Source: an uncultured Gammaproteobacteria bacterium (lineage in GTDB: Bacteria; Patescibacteriota; Microgenomatia; Woykebacterales; RBG-16-39-9b). Taken from it: a stretch of 64,000 bases of DNA. The notes under the pieces were generated by a model that did not search any database, had not been told where the DNA came from, and worked only from the letters and a program-made list of their open reading frames with translations. Positions 44,548 through 55,159 of this stretch are shown piece after piece. Numbering within the stretch: position 1 is the first letter of the stretch; every line of letters begins with the position of its first letter. The position numbers and the translations under genes are program-made. The stretch covers positions 346,907-410,906 of the forward strand of contig CAYHXX010000001.1 of NCBI GenBank assembly GCA_964360785.1, written 5' to 3'.

Positions 44548-47139
44548 TCAACATTCAGAATGGCCGCACGAGTAGCACTTCTTACAACCTTCTTCATAAA
44601 CAAAGCTGGCGACACCACATTTTGGGCAGATGTCCCGGCGACTTGGTATTTTTCCAATTGTCGGAATTGCCGAAAGTTGCATTGTCACACCCGTTGACTC
44701 ATCTTTAGTTTCCTCGGTTGATTCACTAGCTTCCTTGGCAGTAGCAATTACTGCGTGACCATTGCCGTTGCCATTACCGTTTAGTTGTGCGTGTCCATTG
44801 CCATTTTGGAGCGAATGACCGTTGCCGTTTGTAAGTACCGCAGCATTACCATTGGCTAGTTTTGCTTCGGTTACTGCTGGATAGGTGCTTTCCTTTCCAG
44901 AATATTCGGACAGTACTTTGCTGACGGCATCAGCAAGTGAATGGATACGATCTGCTCCAAAGCCTCGGGCCGAACTACCACCGATTCCGGAAAGCTGGTT
45001 TACTACCTGCTGGATGACCTCAGTTGGAGCGTAGTTTGACGGGATTCTTAGTGCCAGTGATATCAGACGACCGATTGCTTCGGCGTCGGCATAAATATCA
45101 GTCCCCGCTTTTCCAACGTTGATGAAGACCTCGAAAGGATTGCCTTGCTCGTCTTCGTTTATCGTCACAAAAGCGTGCCCGACTGGAGTCGCAATTCGAC
45201 GAGTGATACCTCGCAGGTTGTCTGGTCGTTTGCGCAGATGTGCTGGAACTGCGGCTGCAACTGCTTCTTCTGCCTTTGCCTCTTTTTTATCATCTTTGTG
45301 GGAGAGTACTCCTTCACGAGAACCATCCCGCATGTAGGTCACCCCTTTACAACCAAGATCATAGGCGTCCATATACAAACGGCGAACTTCCTCAACCGTA
45401 TGAGCGTTTGGCGCGTTCACAGTTTTGGAAATGCTGCTGTCGGTGTAGTCTTGGACCAAAGCTTGAACCTTGACGTGTTCTTCTGGGGTCAGATCGTTGG
45501 CTGAGACAAAATATGCTGGTGCTTTCTCAGTATCTGGATTTTGTTCCTTCCAAGCCTGATAGAGTGGGTGATACATTGTCGATTCGCCAGTGCGGTCGCG
45601 ACGCACCATTGCAAAGTCATAGACTGGTTCGATCCCTGAAGAAACTCCGGATACCAGAGAAGTAGTCCCAGTTGGAGCTTGGGTCAAAAGCACAGCGTTG
45701 CGAATACCGTTTTTGGCAATCAAATCACGAACTTTTTGAGGGAGTTTCTTGATAAACCACCCTTGCAAATATTTTTCTTTATCAAAGTTTGGAAACGCAC
45801 CTCTTTCCGCTGCCAATTCAGCTGAAACTTCGTAGGCACTGTCTCGGATCGTTTTGTAGATTTTTTCAATCACTGGTTGGGCCTGGTCAGAACCATAAGC
45901 AAGTTTCATCTTGATCATAGCGTCTCCAAGACCCATGGTTCCAAGTCCGGTTCGACGAATACCCATCTGCTGCTTCCGATTTTCAGGGAAATAGTAACCA
46001 GTCGACTCGATGACATTGTCCATCATTCGAATCGCAATTTTTACTTTCTCTTCAAGATCAGCAAAGTCAAACTCCCCGTTTTCATTGACAAAAGCAGAAA
46101 GATTAACTGCACCAAGATTACAAACTGCCCAAGCTCCAAGCGGTTGTTCACCACAGGGGTTGGTGGCAATCAGTTTTTCAAAATACCAAGTGTTGCTTCT
46201 TTTGTTTGAGCGTTCGATAAAATGTAGCCCTGGCTCGGCGGATCGCCATGCAGACTGACAGATTTTCTCCCAGACAGCAGCTGCTTTTACAGTTTTGTAC
46301 AGGACAACCTTCTTGCCCGCAGCCTTCCACTTATCCATATCACCATCCCAAAGCTTGTCATAATCCGGTTCAGCTAAGTCAGGGTAATAGAGATCCCAAT
46401 CTTTGTTGTTTTTCACTGCGTCCATGAAACCATCAGAAACACAGACTGAGAGATTAGCCCCATTTATTCTAGTTAAATCTTCTTTGACTGTAATGAATTC
46501 TTCAACGTCGGGGTGCCAATCGTTGAGCATGAGCATCAAAGCCCCGCGTCTGGTCCCTCCTTGCTGGATAACGTCATGGGTGGCCGTAGAATAAAGCTCG
46601 GCCCAGTTAGTTGGCCCAGAGCTAGTACCGTTGACTTTCTTGACTCTGGCCCCACGTGGACGCAAAGAAGAGAGGTTGATGCCCACACCGCCGGAGCGCG
46701 ACATGATATCAACCATGAGTTTTAAATTATCGATTATTCCGTTGCGTGAGTCGTGTGGGGAAGGAATGACAAAACAATTATAGAAAGTTACTTCATAGGG
46801 AGTCCCGGCTCCAGAAAGCACCCGACCACCGGGAACATATTTAAAATCTTTCAAAGCAGAGTAAAACTTCTGGGTCCACTCTTTCTGAAGTTCTGGAGTT
46901 TTTTCGACCTGGGCTAGACCAGCGGCAACTCGAGTCCACATCTGCTCTGGGTGAGCCTCGATTGACTTACCTTCATCATCTTTCAAACTGTAGCGATCTC
47001 GGAAAACTTTGGCGCGAACACCTTCAAGTTGGGTTTGCTCAGAATCTGTGATCAAGCTCTCGAGCTTTCTTTGCAAAACAATTGAAAAGCGGAACTCCTT
47101 TCCTTGGGATTTCTTTGATTTAGAATTTCCGCTACTCAT
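44548..47139 (-). CDS. nrdJ: Class II (adenosylcobalamin-dependent) ribonucleotide reductase NrdJ
   Basis: ATNPCGEQPL catalytic Cys loop. Overall collinearity with NrdJ. C-terminal Zn ribbon CPKCG...CYSCGH. Confidence 0.85.
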   Translation of the reverse strand: MSSGNSKSKKSQGKEFRFSIVLQRKLESLITDSEQTQLEGVRAKVFRDRYSLKDDEGKSIEAHPEQMWTRVAAGLAQVEKTPELQKEWTQKFYSALKDFKYVPGGRVLSGAGTPYEVTFYNCFVIPSPHDSRNGIIDNLKLMVDIMSRSGGVGINLSSLRPRGARVKKVNGTSSGPTNWAELYSTATHDVIQQGGTRRGALMLMLNDWHPDVEEFITVKEDLTRINGANLSVCVSDGFMDAVKNNKDWDLYYPDLAEPDYDKLWDGDMDKWKAAGKKVVLYKTVKAAAVWEKICQSAWRSAEPGLHFIERSNKRSNTWYFEKLIATNPCGEQPLGAWAVCNLGAVNLSAFVNENGEFDFADLEEKVKIAIRMMDNVIESTGYYFPENRKQQMGIRRTGLGTMGLGDAMIKMKLAYGSDQAQPVIEKIYKTIRDSAYEVSAELAAERGAFPNFDKEKYLQGWFIKKLPQKVRDLIAKNGIRNAVLLTQAPTGTTSLVSGVSSGIEPVYDFAMVRRDRTGESTMYHPLYQAWKEQNPDTEKAPAYFVSANDLTPEEHVKVQALVQDYTDSSISKTVNAPNAHTVEEVRRLYMDAYDLGCKGVTYMRDGSREGVLSHKDDKKEAKAEEAVAAAVPAHLRKRPDNLRGITRRIATPVGHAFVTINEDEQGNPFEVFINVGKAGTDIYADAEAIGRLISLALRIPSNYAPTEVIQQVVNQLSGIGGSSARGFGADRIHSLADAVSKVLSEYSGKESTYPAVTEAKLANGNAAVLTNGNGHSLQNGNGHAQLNGNGNGNGHAVIATAKEASESTEETKDESTGVTMQLSAIPTIGKIPSRRDICPKCGVASFVYEEGCKKCYSCGHSEC

Positions 47140-47181
47140 CGAGCAGTTCCTCCTTGAGTATAAATAATAATGTTAAACAAA

Positions 47182-47340
47182 TTACTTTTCCCTCCGCACA
47201 CCTTTGAAAGGTCTCTTATCCGCTTTTACATCCATAAACTTGCCTGTATCGGCGTTCCTTTTCTGCCAGTTTTGGGTAACTGGGTTCTCTAGCTGTGATC
47301 TTTTTCTGACTTCGCCAACTCGTCCGTTATTTTTACCCAT
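47182..47340 (-). CDS. Candidate 52-aa basic small protein between nrdR and nrdJ
   Basis: MGKNNGRVGEVRKRSQLENPVTQNWQKRNADTGKFMDVKADKRPFKGVRREK with a GAGGGTGGTG RBS-like sequence upstream. Confidence 0.3.
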   Translation of the reverse strand: MGKNNGRVGEVRKRSQLENPVTQNWQKRNADTGKFMDVKADKRPFKGVRREK

Positions 47341-47357
47341 TTTTCATTCACCACCCT

Positions 47358-47825
47358 CTAGCTAACTTGTCCTTTATCTTTAATCAAACTTTTGACTTCT
47401 TTTTCAAATGTTTCCAAATCGTCGAACGAACGGTAAACCGATGCAAAACGAATATAAGCAAGCTCATCAAGTTTCTTCAAACGCTTGAGCACTATATCAC
47501 CCATGTCAGCTGATGGTATCTCGATCGAATCTCTTTTGCGAAGCTCCATTTCAATCTCATCAACTGCTTTCTCGATCTGGTCCAGAGTTACTGGCCTTTT
47601 CTCGGTGGCCTTGAGCATCCCAGTCATCAGTTTCTTGCGATCAAACTGTTCTCGACGCCCATCCTTTTTCAAAACGATCAAATCAACCATATCCGTACGT
47701 TCGTAGGTGGTGAATCTCTTTTCACACTTGAGACACTCTCGGCGGCGGCGGATAGAGCCAAGATCCTCACTGTCACGTGAGTCAAGAACTGAGGTGTCGT
47801 AATAACTACAATACGGACATTTCAC
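47358..47825 (-). CDS. nrdR: Transcriptional repressor NrdR
   Basis: MKCPYCSYYDTSVLDSR zinc ribbon and ATP-cone domain. Confidence 0.85.
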   Translation of the reverse strand: MKCPYCSYYDTSVLDSRDSEDLGSIRRRRECLKCEKRFTTYERTDMVDLIVLKKDGRREQFDRKKLMTGMLKATEKRPVTLDQIEKAVDEIEMELRKRDSIEIPSADMGDIVLKRLKKLDELAYIRFASVYRSFDDLETFEKEVKSLIKDKGQVS

Positions 47826-48137
47826 GGTACACTCCCCACAATTTCAAGGGCGCAAAAAAGTACGCCATGATAAACACTTACTATCTAGCTTTCTGTCCTT
47901 AAGCTGATTGTTTAGAAGTTAAAAAAGAACTTTTGGCCCAGTATCTTGTGCTATGTGGTTTGATGGGTCTTTGGGTCCCTCCACCGGCTGGCGGATTTAG
48001 GGAGTACGTTTCTCTGAAAAGAAACTCGAAAGCACAATATATTGGGTACTAAGTAAATGCTAACACCAAGATCTTGACACTGTCAATACCTGTATTATGT
48101 CCATTTTTCCTGACAATTGGACTGTCCACCTATAGCC

Positions 48138-49073
48138 TCAGGCGTTCTTTGCCTTTTCCTCTTCTAGGAACTCTTCTACCTCAAGTGCTGCAATACAACC
48201 CGCTCCGGCAGCGGTAACTGCTTGCTGATATTTGTAGTCGTGGACATCTCCGGCAGCAAAAACTCCTTTGACACTAGTTCGGCTACCTTCTTTCAACTTT
48301 ATATACCCGGTTTGATCAGTCTCGACCTGGCCTTTGAGAAAGTCAGTATTTGGTTTGTGGCCAATAGCAACAAAAACCCCTTCGACAGGTAGAGTCTGTT
48401 CTTTGCTTGTTTTCTTATTTTTTATCTTTAACCCTTCAACTTTGGTCTCACCAAGAACTTCCACTACTTCACTATCCCAAACAAATTCTATCTGATCGTT
48501 TGCTTTGGCTCGATCTTGCAAAGCTTTAAATCCGCGTAGTTCGTCGCGCCTATGAACAAGGAAAACTTTAGGAGCAAATTTTGTCAAAAACAAAGCCTCA
48601 CGCAGAGCAGTGTCTCCACCACCAATCACCGCTAAGTTCTTGCCTTTGAAAAAAGCACCATCACAAACTGCACAGGCAGAGACGCCACGCCCACGGAGTT
48701 TTTGTTCTGACTCTAGTCCAAGCCATTTAGCCGACGCTCCTGTAGCAATGATCAATGATTTCCCCTGAAAAGTCTTTGAACCAACTTTCACGGTAAATGG
48801 TCTCTTAGTCAAATCTACTTCGGTAATATCGCCATCCGCAAAACTAGACCCAAGACGCTCTGCTTGTTTACGAAAAAGCTGCATCAGCTCTGGTCCCAGA
48901 ATCCCCTCTGGAAACCCCGGGTAATCCTCAACTTCCGTGGTCCAAATAAGCTGTCCGCCGGCTTCGACTCCGGAAACAACCAAAGCTTTGAGGTTTGAAC
49001 GGGCAATATAAATAGCTGCCGTCAGCCCAGCTGGTCCAGAACCAGCAATAATCACATCATAAATTTCATCCAT
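48138..49073 (-). CDS. trxB: Thioredoxin-disulfide reductase
   Basis: GSGPAGLTAAIY FAD motif, redox CAVCDG and GGGDTA NADPH motif. Confidence 0.85.
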   Translation of the reverse strand: MDEIYDVIIAGSGPAGLTAAIYIARSNLKALVVSGVEAGGQLIWTTEVEDYPGFPEGILGPELMQLFRKQAERLGSSFADGDITEVDLTKRPFTVKVGSKTFQGKSLIIATGASAKWLGLESEQKLRGRGVSACAVCDGAFFKGKNLAVIGGGDTALREALFLTKFAPKVFLVHRRDELRGFKALQDRAKANDQIEFVWDSEVVEVLGETKVEGLKIKNKKTSKEQTLPVEGVFVAIGHKPNTDFLKGQVETDQTGYIKLKEGSRTSVKGVFAAGDVHDYKYQQAVTAAGAGCIAALEVEEFLEEEKAKNA

Positions 49074-49127
49074 AATATATTTTGATATAGTTTGTTCTTA
49101 CTTCTGCAAGGACGGGCCTTGTAATAA

Positions 49128-49568
49128 TTAGGAGTTCCACCCACGGTTTGGTTGAGATCGAACTTCTTCTGTTTCGTCGGTTCGCGAATAATCATCCTCG
49201 AGTCGATAGGTTGTACCTGTTTCTGGTGTAGAAACCTCCCAGATATCGCAATCCGTGATGCCAAAGAGACGATGTTTTTGCCCAATCTTTGTGGTATAAC
49301 CTTTACCCTGTTCAAACTCTATTGTTTGCATTTGACCACTAGAATCTTCGATTATCACCCCACCCTTACCAAAACCCAAAAAGTACGTCTCTTCTTTTTG
49401 GTCATGAATCTGCAAACTTTGTCTTTTACCCGCCTCAATGTGCATAATTTTACCCGTGTAAGGCTGCCCTTCTGGTGTAAAAATCAGTTCATAACCCCAG
49501 GGTTTGTCCACCTTTTGAGAATAACCTTGTGTCAAAAATTTTGATTTATCAAACTGATTTTTTTCCAT
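49128..49568 (-). CDS. Cupin-domain protein (mannose-6-phosphate isomerase-like)
   Basis: Cupin motifs around KPWGYE...QSLQIHDQKEE. Confidence 0.45.
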   Translation of the reverse strand: MEKNQFDKSKFLTQGYSQKVDKPWGYELIFTPEGQPYTGKIMHIEAGKRQSLQIHDQKEETYFLGFGKGGVIIEDSSGQMQTIEFEQGKGYTTKIGQKHRLFGITDCDIWEVSTPETGTTYRLEDDYSRTDETEEVRSQPNRGWNS

Positions 49569-49591
49569 TTATTAACCTTTCTTGGGTAGCA

Positions 49592-49840
49592 TTAGGAAAT
49601 ATTTAGAATCCGATTGATTCTTTCTCTATCATAACCTAATAGTGTTTCTTTCGAACCGTCGTCCTTGATAAAAACTGTGAAGGGAATTCCGGCCTGGCCT
49701 TCCATCTGCATTAGCTCTTGTGCTGCTTTTTCATTATGATCGATGGAAATATCTTCATATTCGATACCCTTGGCGTCAAGGTATTCCTTTTCCATTTTGC
49801 AGTAAGGGCACGTAGTAGTTGTGTAGATTTTAATTTTCAT
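49592..49840 (-). CDS. Glutaredoxin-like protein (NrdH/Grx family)
   Basis: 82 aa with CPYC active site. Confidence 0.7.
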   Translation of the reverse strand: MKIKIYTTTTCPYCKMEKEYLDAKGIEYEDISIDHNEKAAQELMQMEGQAGIPFTVFIKDDGSKETLLGYDRERINRILNIS

Positions 49841-49852
49841 TATTTAAACTCA

Positions 49853-50872
49853 CTATATTTTCTGGGCAGAAAATTCAGGTTTGCCACCCCGACGGTTTTT
49901 TATCTCATCTAGAGTCAGCAACCCTGCTTGGGGACCTACTTGACCAACAACGGAAGCAGCATTAATACTACCCCAAATCATGGCTTCGGGTAAAGATTCT
50001 CCATGAAAAAGTCCTGCGCAGACGGCCGTGGCATAAGAATCTCCGGCACCAGTTGCTTCAACTCGCCCCCCTGGAAACTCGGGCAGTTTCCAAAAGTCAT
50101 TACCATCATAGCTGTAGGAACCCTCCCTGCCATCGGTTATTACTACTATTTTTAACCCCAGATCATCTCGAGTTTTCTTCAACAGCTCTTTGATATCCGT
50201 GTGGTTTTCTTCGGGCAAACCCAGAATTCTTTTTGCCTCTTCGACATTTACAAAAAATACTTCGGTGGCAGATAAGATTTCTGGATAGTTCTTAACACCC
50301 GCTTTCATTTGGTATGTTCCAGGATTGTAGCCCATTTTGGCGCCAGTTGATTTCACGTACTCGGCTAGATCTTTTGAAAAAGTTCCATTGGCAAAGCTTG
50401 CCGAAGCGCTGGTGTAATAAACCCATTTCGCACTCTCCATTTTTGGAAGTTCATAAACCCATTGTTGGTGATAAACAAAAATACTCCGTTCACCTTGAAA
50501 ACGAAGTACCACAGAGTAGTTTGATTCCATTCCTTCGTTGACTTTTATATAGACTGGATCGACCTTTTCCTCAACCATTTTCTTTTTGATACGAAATCCT
50601 GCATCATCTGCCCCCACATTCATATACATGGCAGTCTTCAAACCCAAGCGCGAGGAACCCACCGCATTGTTGGCAGCATTTCCAGCCACCAAATTTTGCA
50701 TTTCCTCGACTGCAATTTTGTCTCCATACTTGAGGCAAAGCTCGCAAATCTCTTTGTTGATTGTGCATTGTACATGGGCATCGTTGATCTTGATGAAGAC
50801 ATCGATTGTGGCATCACCAACACTGATCAGGTCAAACATGTTTTTTTCCTTTTGACAATAACCTCTCATCAA
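49853..50872 (-). CDS. PfkB-family carbohydrate kinase
   Basis: Ribokinase-like fold with the ATGAGDSYATA (GAGD) motif near the C-terminus. Confidence 0.7.
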   Translation of the reverse strand: MMRGYCQKEKNMFDLISVGDATIDVFIKINDAHVQCTINKEICELCLKYGDKIAVEEMQNLVAGNAANNAVGSSRLGLKTAMYMNVGADDAGFRIKKKMVEEKVDPVYIKVNEGMESNYSVVLRFQGERSIFVYHQQWVYELPKMESAKWVYYTSASASFANGTFSKDLAEYVKSTGAKMGYNPGTYQMKAGVKNYPEILSATEVFFVNVEEAKRILGLPEENHTDIKELLKKTRDDLGLKIVVITDGREGSYSYDGNDFWKLPEFPGGRVEATGAGDSYATAVCAGLFHGESLPEAMIWGSINAASVVGQVGPQAGLLTLDEIKNRRGGKPEFSAQKI

Positions 50873-51308
50873 CCTGGATATTCAACAAGTCTACGATAAC
50901 TAAAAATGTCGAGAAAGCTATATACAAGGAAGCGGTATCGCGCAAAGTGTGGTCTACAAGTAAGAAATTGTACGAAAAGAAAAATATTGCTAGAACTAGC
51001 ACCGCCAACCCAACCACAGTACTTACTTCTGAAAGCTTCAAGAGGAATTTGGAACGATAGTTGGTCAAACACAGAGCATCTACCAACACGGCAAATAAGG
51101 CTGACACCAAACTGATTTGGTAAATTTTGAATGTCGAAAAGTAATCCAAACCATTAAACTGCGAGGTTATCCCGATAAATGTGGGGACTCGAAAAATATC
51201 CAGTGCCGGTCTGTCAAAAGTATGCATTAGGATCACAAGCAAGACGCCAACAATAAACGCTCCAAAGTATAAATTTCTCAACCAAACTAGTTCTTTGGAA
51301 AGTTTCAT
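50832..51308 (-). CDS. Membrane protein, hypothetical
   Basis: 4 TM helices. Confidence 0.4.
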   Translation of the reverse strand: MKLSKELVWLRNLYFGAFIVGVLLVILMHTFDRPALDIFRVPTFIGITSQFNGLDYFSTFKIYQISLVSALFAVLVDALCLTNYRSKFLLKLSEVSTVVGLAVLVLAIFFFSYNFLLVDHTLRDTASLYIAFSTFLVIVDLLNIQVDERLLSKGKKHV

Positions 51309-52171
51309 ATCTTACCTCCACTTCCACAAAGATTAATCCACCGCAAGGCTTCTTTTTTTACTTCTTCTACAACTCCAGGAAAAACTTTATACATCGCAAT
51401 TTCTTTGTGTTCAACAAGTGCCTTTTCCAAAGACTCTCTGTAAGCTAAGCGAATTTCCGTGTTGACATTAACTTTAACAACATCAGCAGCGACCGCTGCC
51501 CGAACTTGATCATCCGGTGTTCCAGATGATCCGTGCATCGAAAGAAAGGTATTGGGAATTGCTTGTCCGACTGCCTTTAGTAAATCAATATCGAGTTGGG
51601 GAGTGTAGCCTGGGTAAATTCCGTGAACATTACCGAAAAACGAAGCGAAAATATCGACTCCGGTTTCAGCAACAAACTTCGCAGCCGTTTCCGGATGACT
51701 TTTTCCTGATTCGATCACTGCCGGATCAACGGTCTCGCCAGTGTGGACTTCGGAACCACTACCTAAGATCTTGTCAATTTCCCCTTCCACCATTTGACCC
51801 TTACCATGTGCTTCAGGAACAATTCTTTTACAAACCTCAATGTTTTCTTCGTAAGGAAGTTTCGAACCGTCGAAATGAATTAGATCATAACCAGCTTCAA
51901 AACCTGGCCGAGTATCTTCGTAAGTATAAGCGTGGTCAAGGTTTACAATAATTGGAATCTTGTATTTATCACTAAAGTTACGGCAGATGCAAAGTACGTT
52001 TTCCGCTTCCATCCATTTGGTTTCGCCAGTTGAAGTTTCAATGATAACGGGACTTTTTGCCTCAACCGCCGCCGCAACAATTCCCTTAATCGTTTCTAGA
52101 TTACCAGCGTTAAGAGCGGGGATAGCAAAATTTTCTTTTTTAGCTTTTTCTAACCAGTCGTGGGCAGTCAT
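51305..52171 (-). CDS. fba: Class II fructose-bisphosphate aldolase
   Basis: ALNAGNLETIKG start, HLDHAYTYED and HGSSGTPDD metal/phosphate motifs. Confidence 0.8.
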   Translation of the reverse strand: MTAHDWLEKAKKENFAIPALNAGNLETIKGIVAAAVEAKSPVIIETSTGETKWMEAENVLCICRNFSDKYKIPIIVNLDHAYTYEDTRPGFEAGYDLIHFDGSKLPYEENIEVCKRIVPEAHGKGQMVEGEIDKILGSGSEVHTGETVDPAVIESGKSHPETAAKFVAETGVDIFASFFGNVHGIYPGYTPQLDIDLLKAVGQAIPNTFLSMHGSSGTPDDQVRAAVAADVVKVNVNTEIRLAYRESLEKALVEHKEIAMYKVFPGVVEEVKKEALRWINLCGSGGKI

Positions 52172-52180
52172 ATCTCAATT

Positions 52181-52615
52181 CTAACTGAAAGGGTTGATAA
52201 CTTCTATCCCTTTAAAAATACGGAAGTGTTTTTCATTGTCTGTATAAATCGTCTCTACTTCATTATCCAGCATAGTAGCTGCTAAATAGGCATCAAAAAT
52301 ATTTGCCTTATTAATTTGATGTTTTTTAGCTAGCTCGATTGCTCTAGCTAGAGTTGAATTATGGGGATAAATAAAAGTGAAATCTTCACTATTCAAAAAT
52401 TCGTTTATAACCCATTGGATATCTGTGGTATTTAGAACCTTCTCAACTTGCCTCGGGTTTGTAATAACAGAGTAGAATTCCAAAATATTCTGTTGAGCCA
52501 AAGCAACATCAATTTGACCACTAGTCGCTGATAATATTAATTCTTTGGCTTTTTCATGTTTGGGGGAAAGAGAATTGTGAGCAAATAACAAGATATTACT
52601 GTCGAATAATATCAT
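52181..52615 (-). CDS. vapC: PIN-domain toxin VapC
   Basis: MILFDSNILL with conserved acidic residues. Overlaps the upstream small antitoxin-like gene. Confidence 0.65.
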   Translation of the reverse strand: MILFDSNILLFAHNSLSPKHEKAKELILSATSGQIDVALAQQNILEFYSVITNPRQVEKVLNTTDIQWVINEFLNSEDFTFIYPHNSTLARAIELAKKHQINKANIFDAYLAATMLDNEVETIYTDNEKHFRIFKGIEVINPFS

Positions 52616-52847
52616 TTAAGTGTTCTTCATAAATATCTTCACGTGTAAGTGGGGTTTTTATCTGACCCATATCGAAAGTTCTCAACCTAAATTTTCTTTT
52701 TTTCTTAATCTGCTTAGTAACATCCAATTTTTCCTTGAGGGCTTGGTTTAGAAGCTCTTTTAAACTAATATCTGCTTCGACAGCTTTGTTTTTGGCGGCT
52801 TTTAATAGGTTTTCTTCAATTGCAACTGTGGTTCTTTTTTCTTTCAT
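52596..52847 (-). CDS. Putative antitoxin of the VapBC pair
   Basis: 83 aa charged protein overlapping vapC by 20 nt. Confidence 0.45.
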   Translation of the reverse strand: MKEKRTTVAIEENLLKAAKNKAVEADISLKELLNQALKEKLDVTKQIKKKRKFRLRTFDMGQIKTPLTREDIYEEHLNDIIRQ

Positions 52848-53005
52848 ATTTACACCCTAGCATAAAAGCATATTAGCATCAAGATGTCTTGGTATTGAAA
52901 AGGCTGCGATTAACTTAGGTTCATGGGCCTGACCCTCAACCACAAGGTTATTAGCTCTTCCTGCCTAGCGACTGGCAAGTCTAAACCCATTCTCGAGAAA
53001 GTCAT

Positions 53006-53401
53006 TTATGTAACCACTTTTCTTTTTGTTATTAAAAGAGCACCAACTACCAAAATATAGATTAAAGCGTAAATAAGAATTGGTCCTAAGTTGGTGAGGA
53101 AATATCTCATGTTAAATAATACTAAATACCCCTGAAACCCTTGAACTAACATTAAAATTGCAAGGACTAATAAACCGCCTGAAAATTTATTTTGTTTTGC
53201 TCGTATCATAAATAAAATTGGAAAAATTAAAGTAACGGCTAGATGGTAAAAGCTCCAGAAAAGGAAAACAACCATCTCCCCAATGCCCCGCAACTTATTC
53301 GAGTAATCGATCAACCCATCCTGAAAAACCCAAGCAAAGAAAAGGATGTCTAAAATCCCCAAGATTATAAATGTTTTTGTTAACCAATTGTGGGTATTCA
53401 T
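53006..53401 (-). CDS. Membrane protein, hypothetical
   Basis: 4 TM helices. Confidence 0.4.
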   Translation of the reverse strand: MNTHNWLTKTFIILGILDILFFAWVFQDGLIDYSNKLRGIGEMVVFLFWSFYHLAVTLIFPILFMIRAKQNKFSGGLLVLAILMLVQGFQGYLVLFNMRYFLTNLGPILIYALIYILVVGALLITKRKVVT

Positions 53402-54400
53402 TTATTTAACCTTTCTCTTCAAAACATTCTCCACTGCTTTAAAAATAGCGTCAGGGCTCATTCCGTATTTTTCGTATAACTCATTGGTATTGCCGCTTTC
53501 TCCAAAAGTATCTTGCATACCAATAAATTCTATTGGTACTGGGTAATTTTTTGCCAAACTTTCCGCAACCGCCGCTCCCATTCCTGCCATCACCTGGTGT
53601 TCTTCAACTGTTACAATCGCGCCGGTTTCTTTGGCAGCCTTTGCTAGGGTCAAAGCATCGATCGGTTTGATTGTGTGGTTATTGATAACCCTGACATTTA
53701 TTCCTTTATTTTCTAGCTGTTTGGCAGCAAGAAGTGACTGGTACACCAACGGTCCGCAAGCAACGATCGTGGCATCATCGCCATCTTTGAGAACTTCCGC
53801 TTTTCCAACCTCAAAAGAGGATTCCTCAGTGGTGATGATTGGCGTTTTTTCCCGTCCAAAACGGAAATAAAACGGGCCTTTGTGGGCCGCTGCTGCCAAA
53901 GTAGTTTTCTTCGCCTCGATTGCGTCGGAGGGAACCTCAACTACTATATTAGGTAGTACTCGCACAATGGCAATGTCTTCAAGCGCCTGGTGCGTTGCCC
54001 CATCTGGACCAACTGAGATACCCGTCTGCGCTCCGGCAACTTTAACATTGGCTTCTGTATAGCAAACACTCACTCGCAACTGATCCCAACTCCGACCAGG
54101 TGAAAAAACGGCGTAAGAACTAACGAATGGAATCTTTCCAGAAAGAGCAAGTCCAGCCGCAATTCCCATCATGTTTTGTTCGGCAACTCCACACTCGATA
54201 AATCTTTCAGGAAATTTCTTGCCAAACTCTTCAACTCTGGTAGATTCGGCCAAATCAGCAGTTAAAACTACAACGTCTTTATTGGAATCACCAAGTTCCA
54301 GCAATGCTTGACCATAACCATCTCTAGTCCCGGCCTGCTGCACACCTGCCTTGCCGTCAGGCAGGTCTTTATCAAAAAGTTTTGGATTCAGGTATTGCAT
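53402..54400 (-). CDS. Transketolase C-terminal subunit (pyrimidine-binding plus C-terminal domains)
   Basis: Collinear with the transketolase C-half (ECGVAEQNMMGIAAGLA...). Confidence 0.85.
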   Translation of the reverse strand: MQYLNPKLFDKDLPDGKAGVQQAGTRDGYGQALLELGDSNKDVVVLTADLAESTRVEEFGKKFPERFIECGVAEQNMMGIAAGLALSGKIPFVSSYAVFSPGRSWDQLRVSVCYTEANVKVAGAQTGISVGPDGATHQALEDIAIVRVLPNIVVEVPSDAIEAKKTTLAAAAHKGPFYFRFGREKTPIITTEESSFEVGKAEVLKDGDDATIVACGPLVYQSLLAAKQLENKGINVRVINNHTIKPIDALTLAKAAKETGAIVTVEEHQVMAGMGAAVAESLAKNYPVPIEFIGMQDTFGESGNTNELYEKYGMSPDAIFKAVENVLKRKVK

Positions 54401-54433
54401 AAATTAAATTAGTAATAATTTCAAACCAGCTTT

Positions 54434-55159
54434 CTAACTTGCTGGACAGTAGGCTTCATTACTAAAATCTGTACTTGCCGACACTGAAGAACCCTGATAA
54501 ATAGCAACTAAAATCATACCTTTACAGTAGTAATCGATTGATTCTGATACGGAATGTTCAAAGCCTTTTCCGGTTAATTTTGTGCGTAAATTCTCAGCTA
54601 CTCCCTCACTTTTTATGTTATATCCAATTGTCCCACTTTTCCCCCCTTCCCACGAACTACCTGTAGAAATTCTAACAGAATAGCTAGCTACATTTTTGTC
54701 CTTTACTAAGGAAAACATTTCCTTCCAGACTGGTTTTCTTTCAGACAATATTTTAACTACACCCAAACTATTGGTGATCTGAGCAATTAGGAAAATACTT
54801 AGAGGTAAACCTAAAATTACTAATTTTTTCTGGTGTCTCGATTTTGAAGAGATCAGAAAAATAACCCAACCGATCAGAAGTGTTGGGACGATTACCCAGA
54901 CCACAATCTCAAAAAAATTCATAAACTGAGTATCTCTATGATACTTCTCAACAAATTTTAATAGCTCTCCTTCAGCCGAAATAATGGTTGCCCTGTCATA
55001 GTCATTGTTTGTCGGGTCTGTCAGATTATAGATACTATGAGCTAGGATCATTCCCACGGGTATTGGCAAGCAAATAACTGATATTAGAACTTTTACCACT
55101 GCTTTTATGGGGATAAGGTTACTTGGCTCTTCGTTGTTTATTGTTCCAGGCTCACTCAT
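54434..55159 (-). CDS. Membrane protein inserted between the transketolase subunit genes, hypothetical
   Basis: 2-3 TM helices and a soluble C-terminal domain. Confidence 0.45.
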   Translation of the reverse strand: MSEPGTINNEEPSNLIPIKAVVKVLISVICLPIPVGMILAHSIYNLTDPTNNDYDRATIISAEGELLKFVEKYHRDTQFMNFFEIVVWVIVPTLLIGWVIFLISSKSRHQKKLVILGLPLSIFLIAQITNSLGVVKILSERKPVWKEMFSLVKDKNVASYSVRISTGSSWEGGKSGTIGYNIKSEGVAENLRTKLTGKGFEHSVSESIDYYCKGMILVAIYQGSSVSASTDFSNEAYCPAS

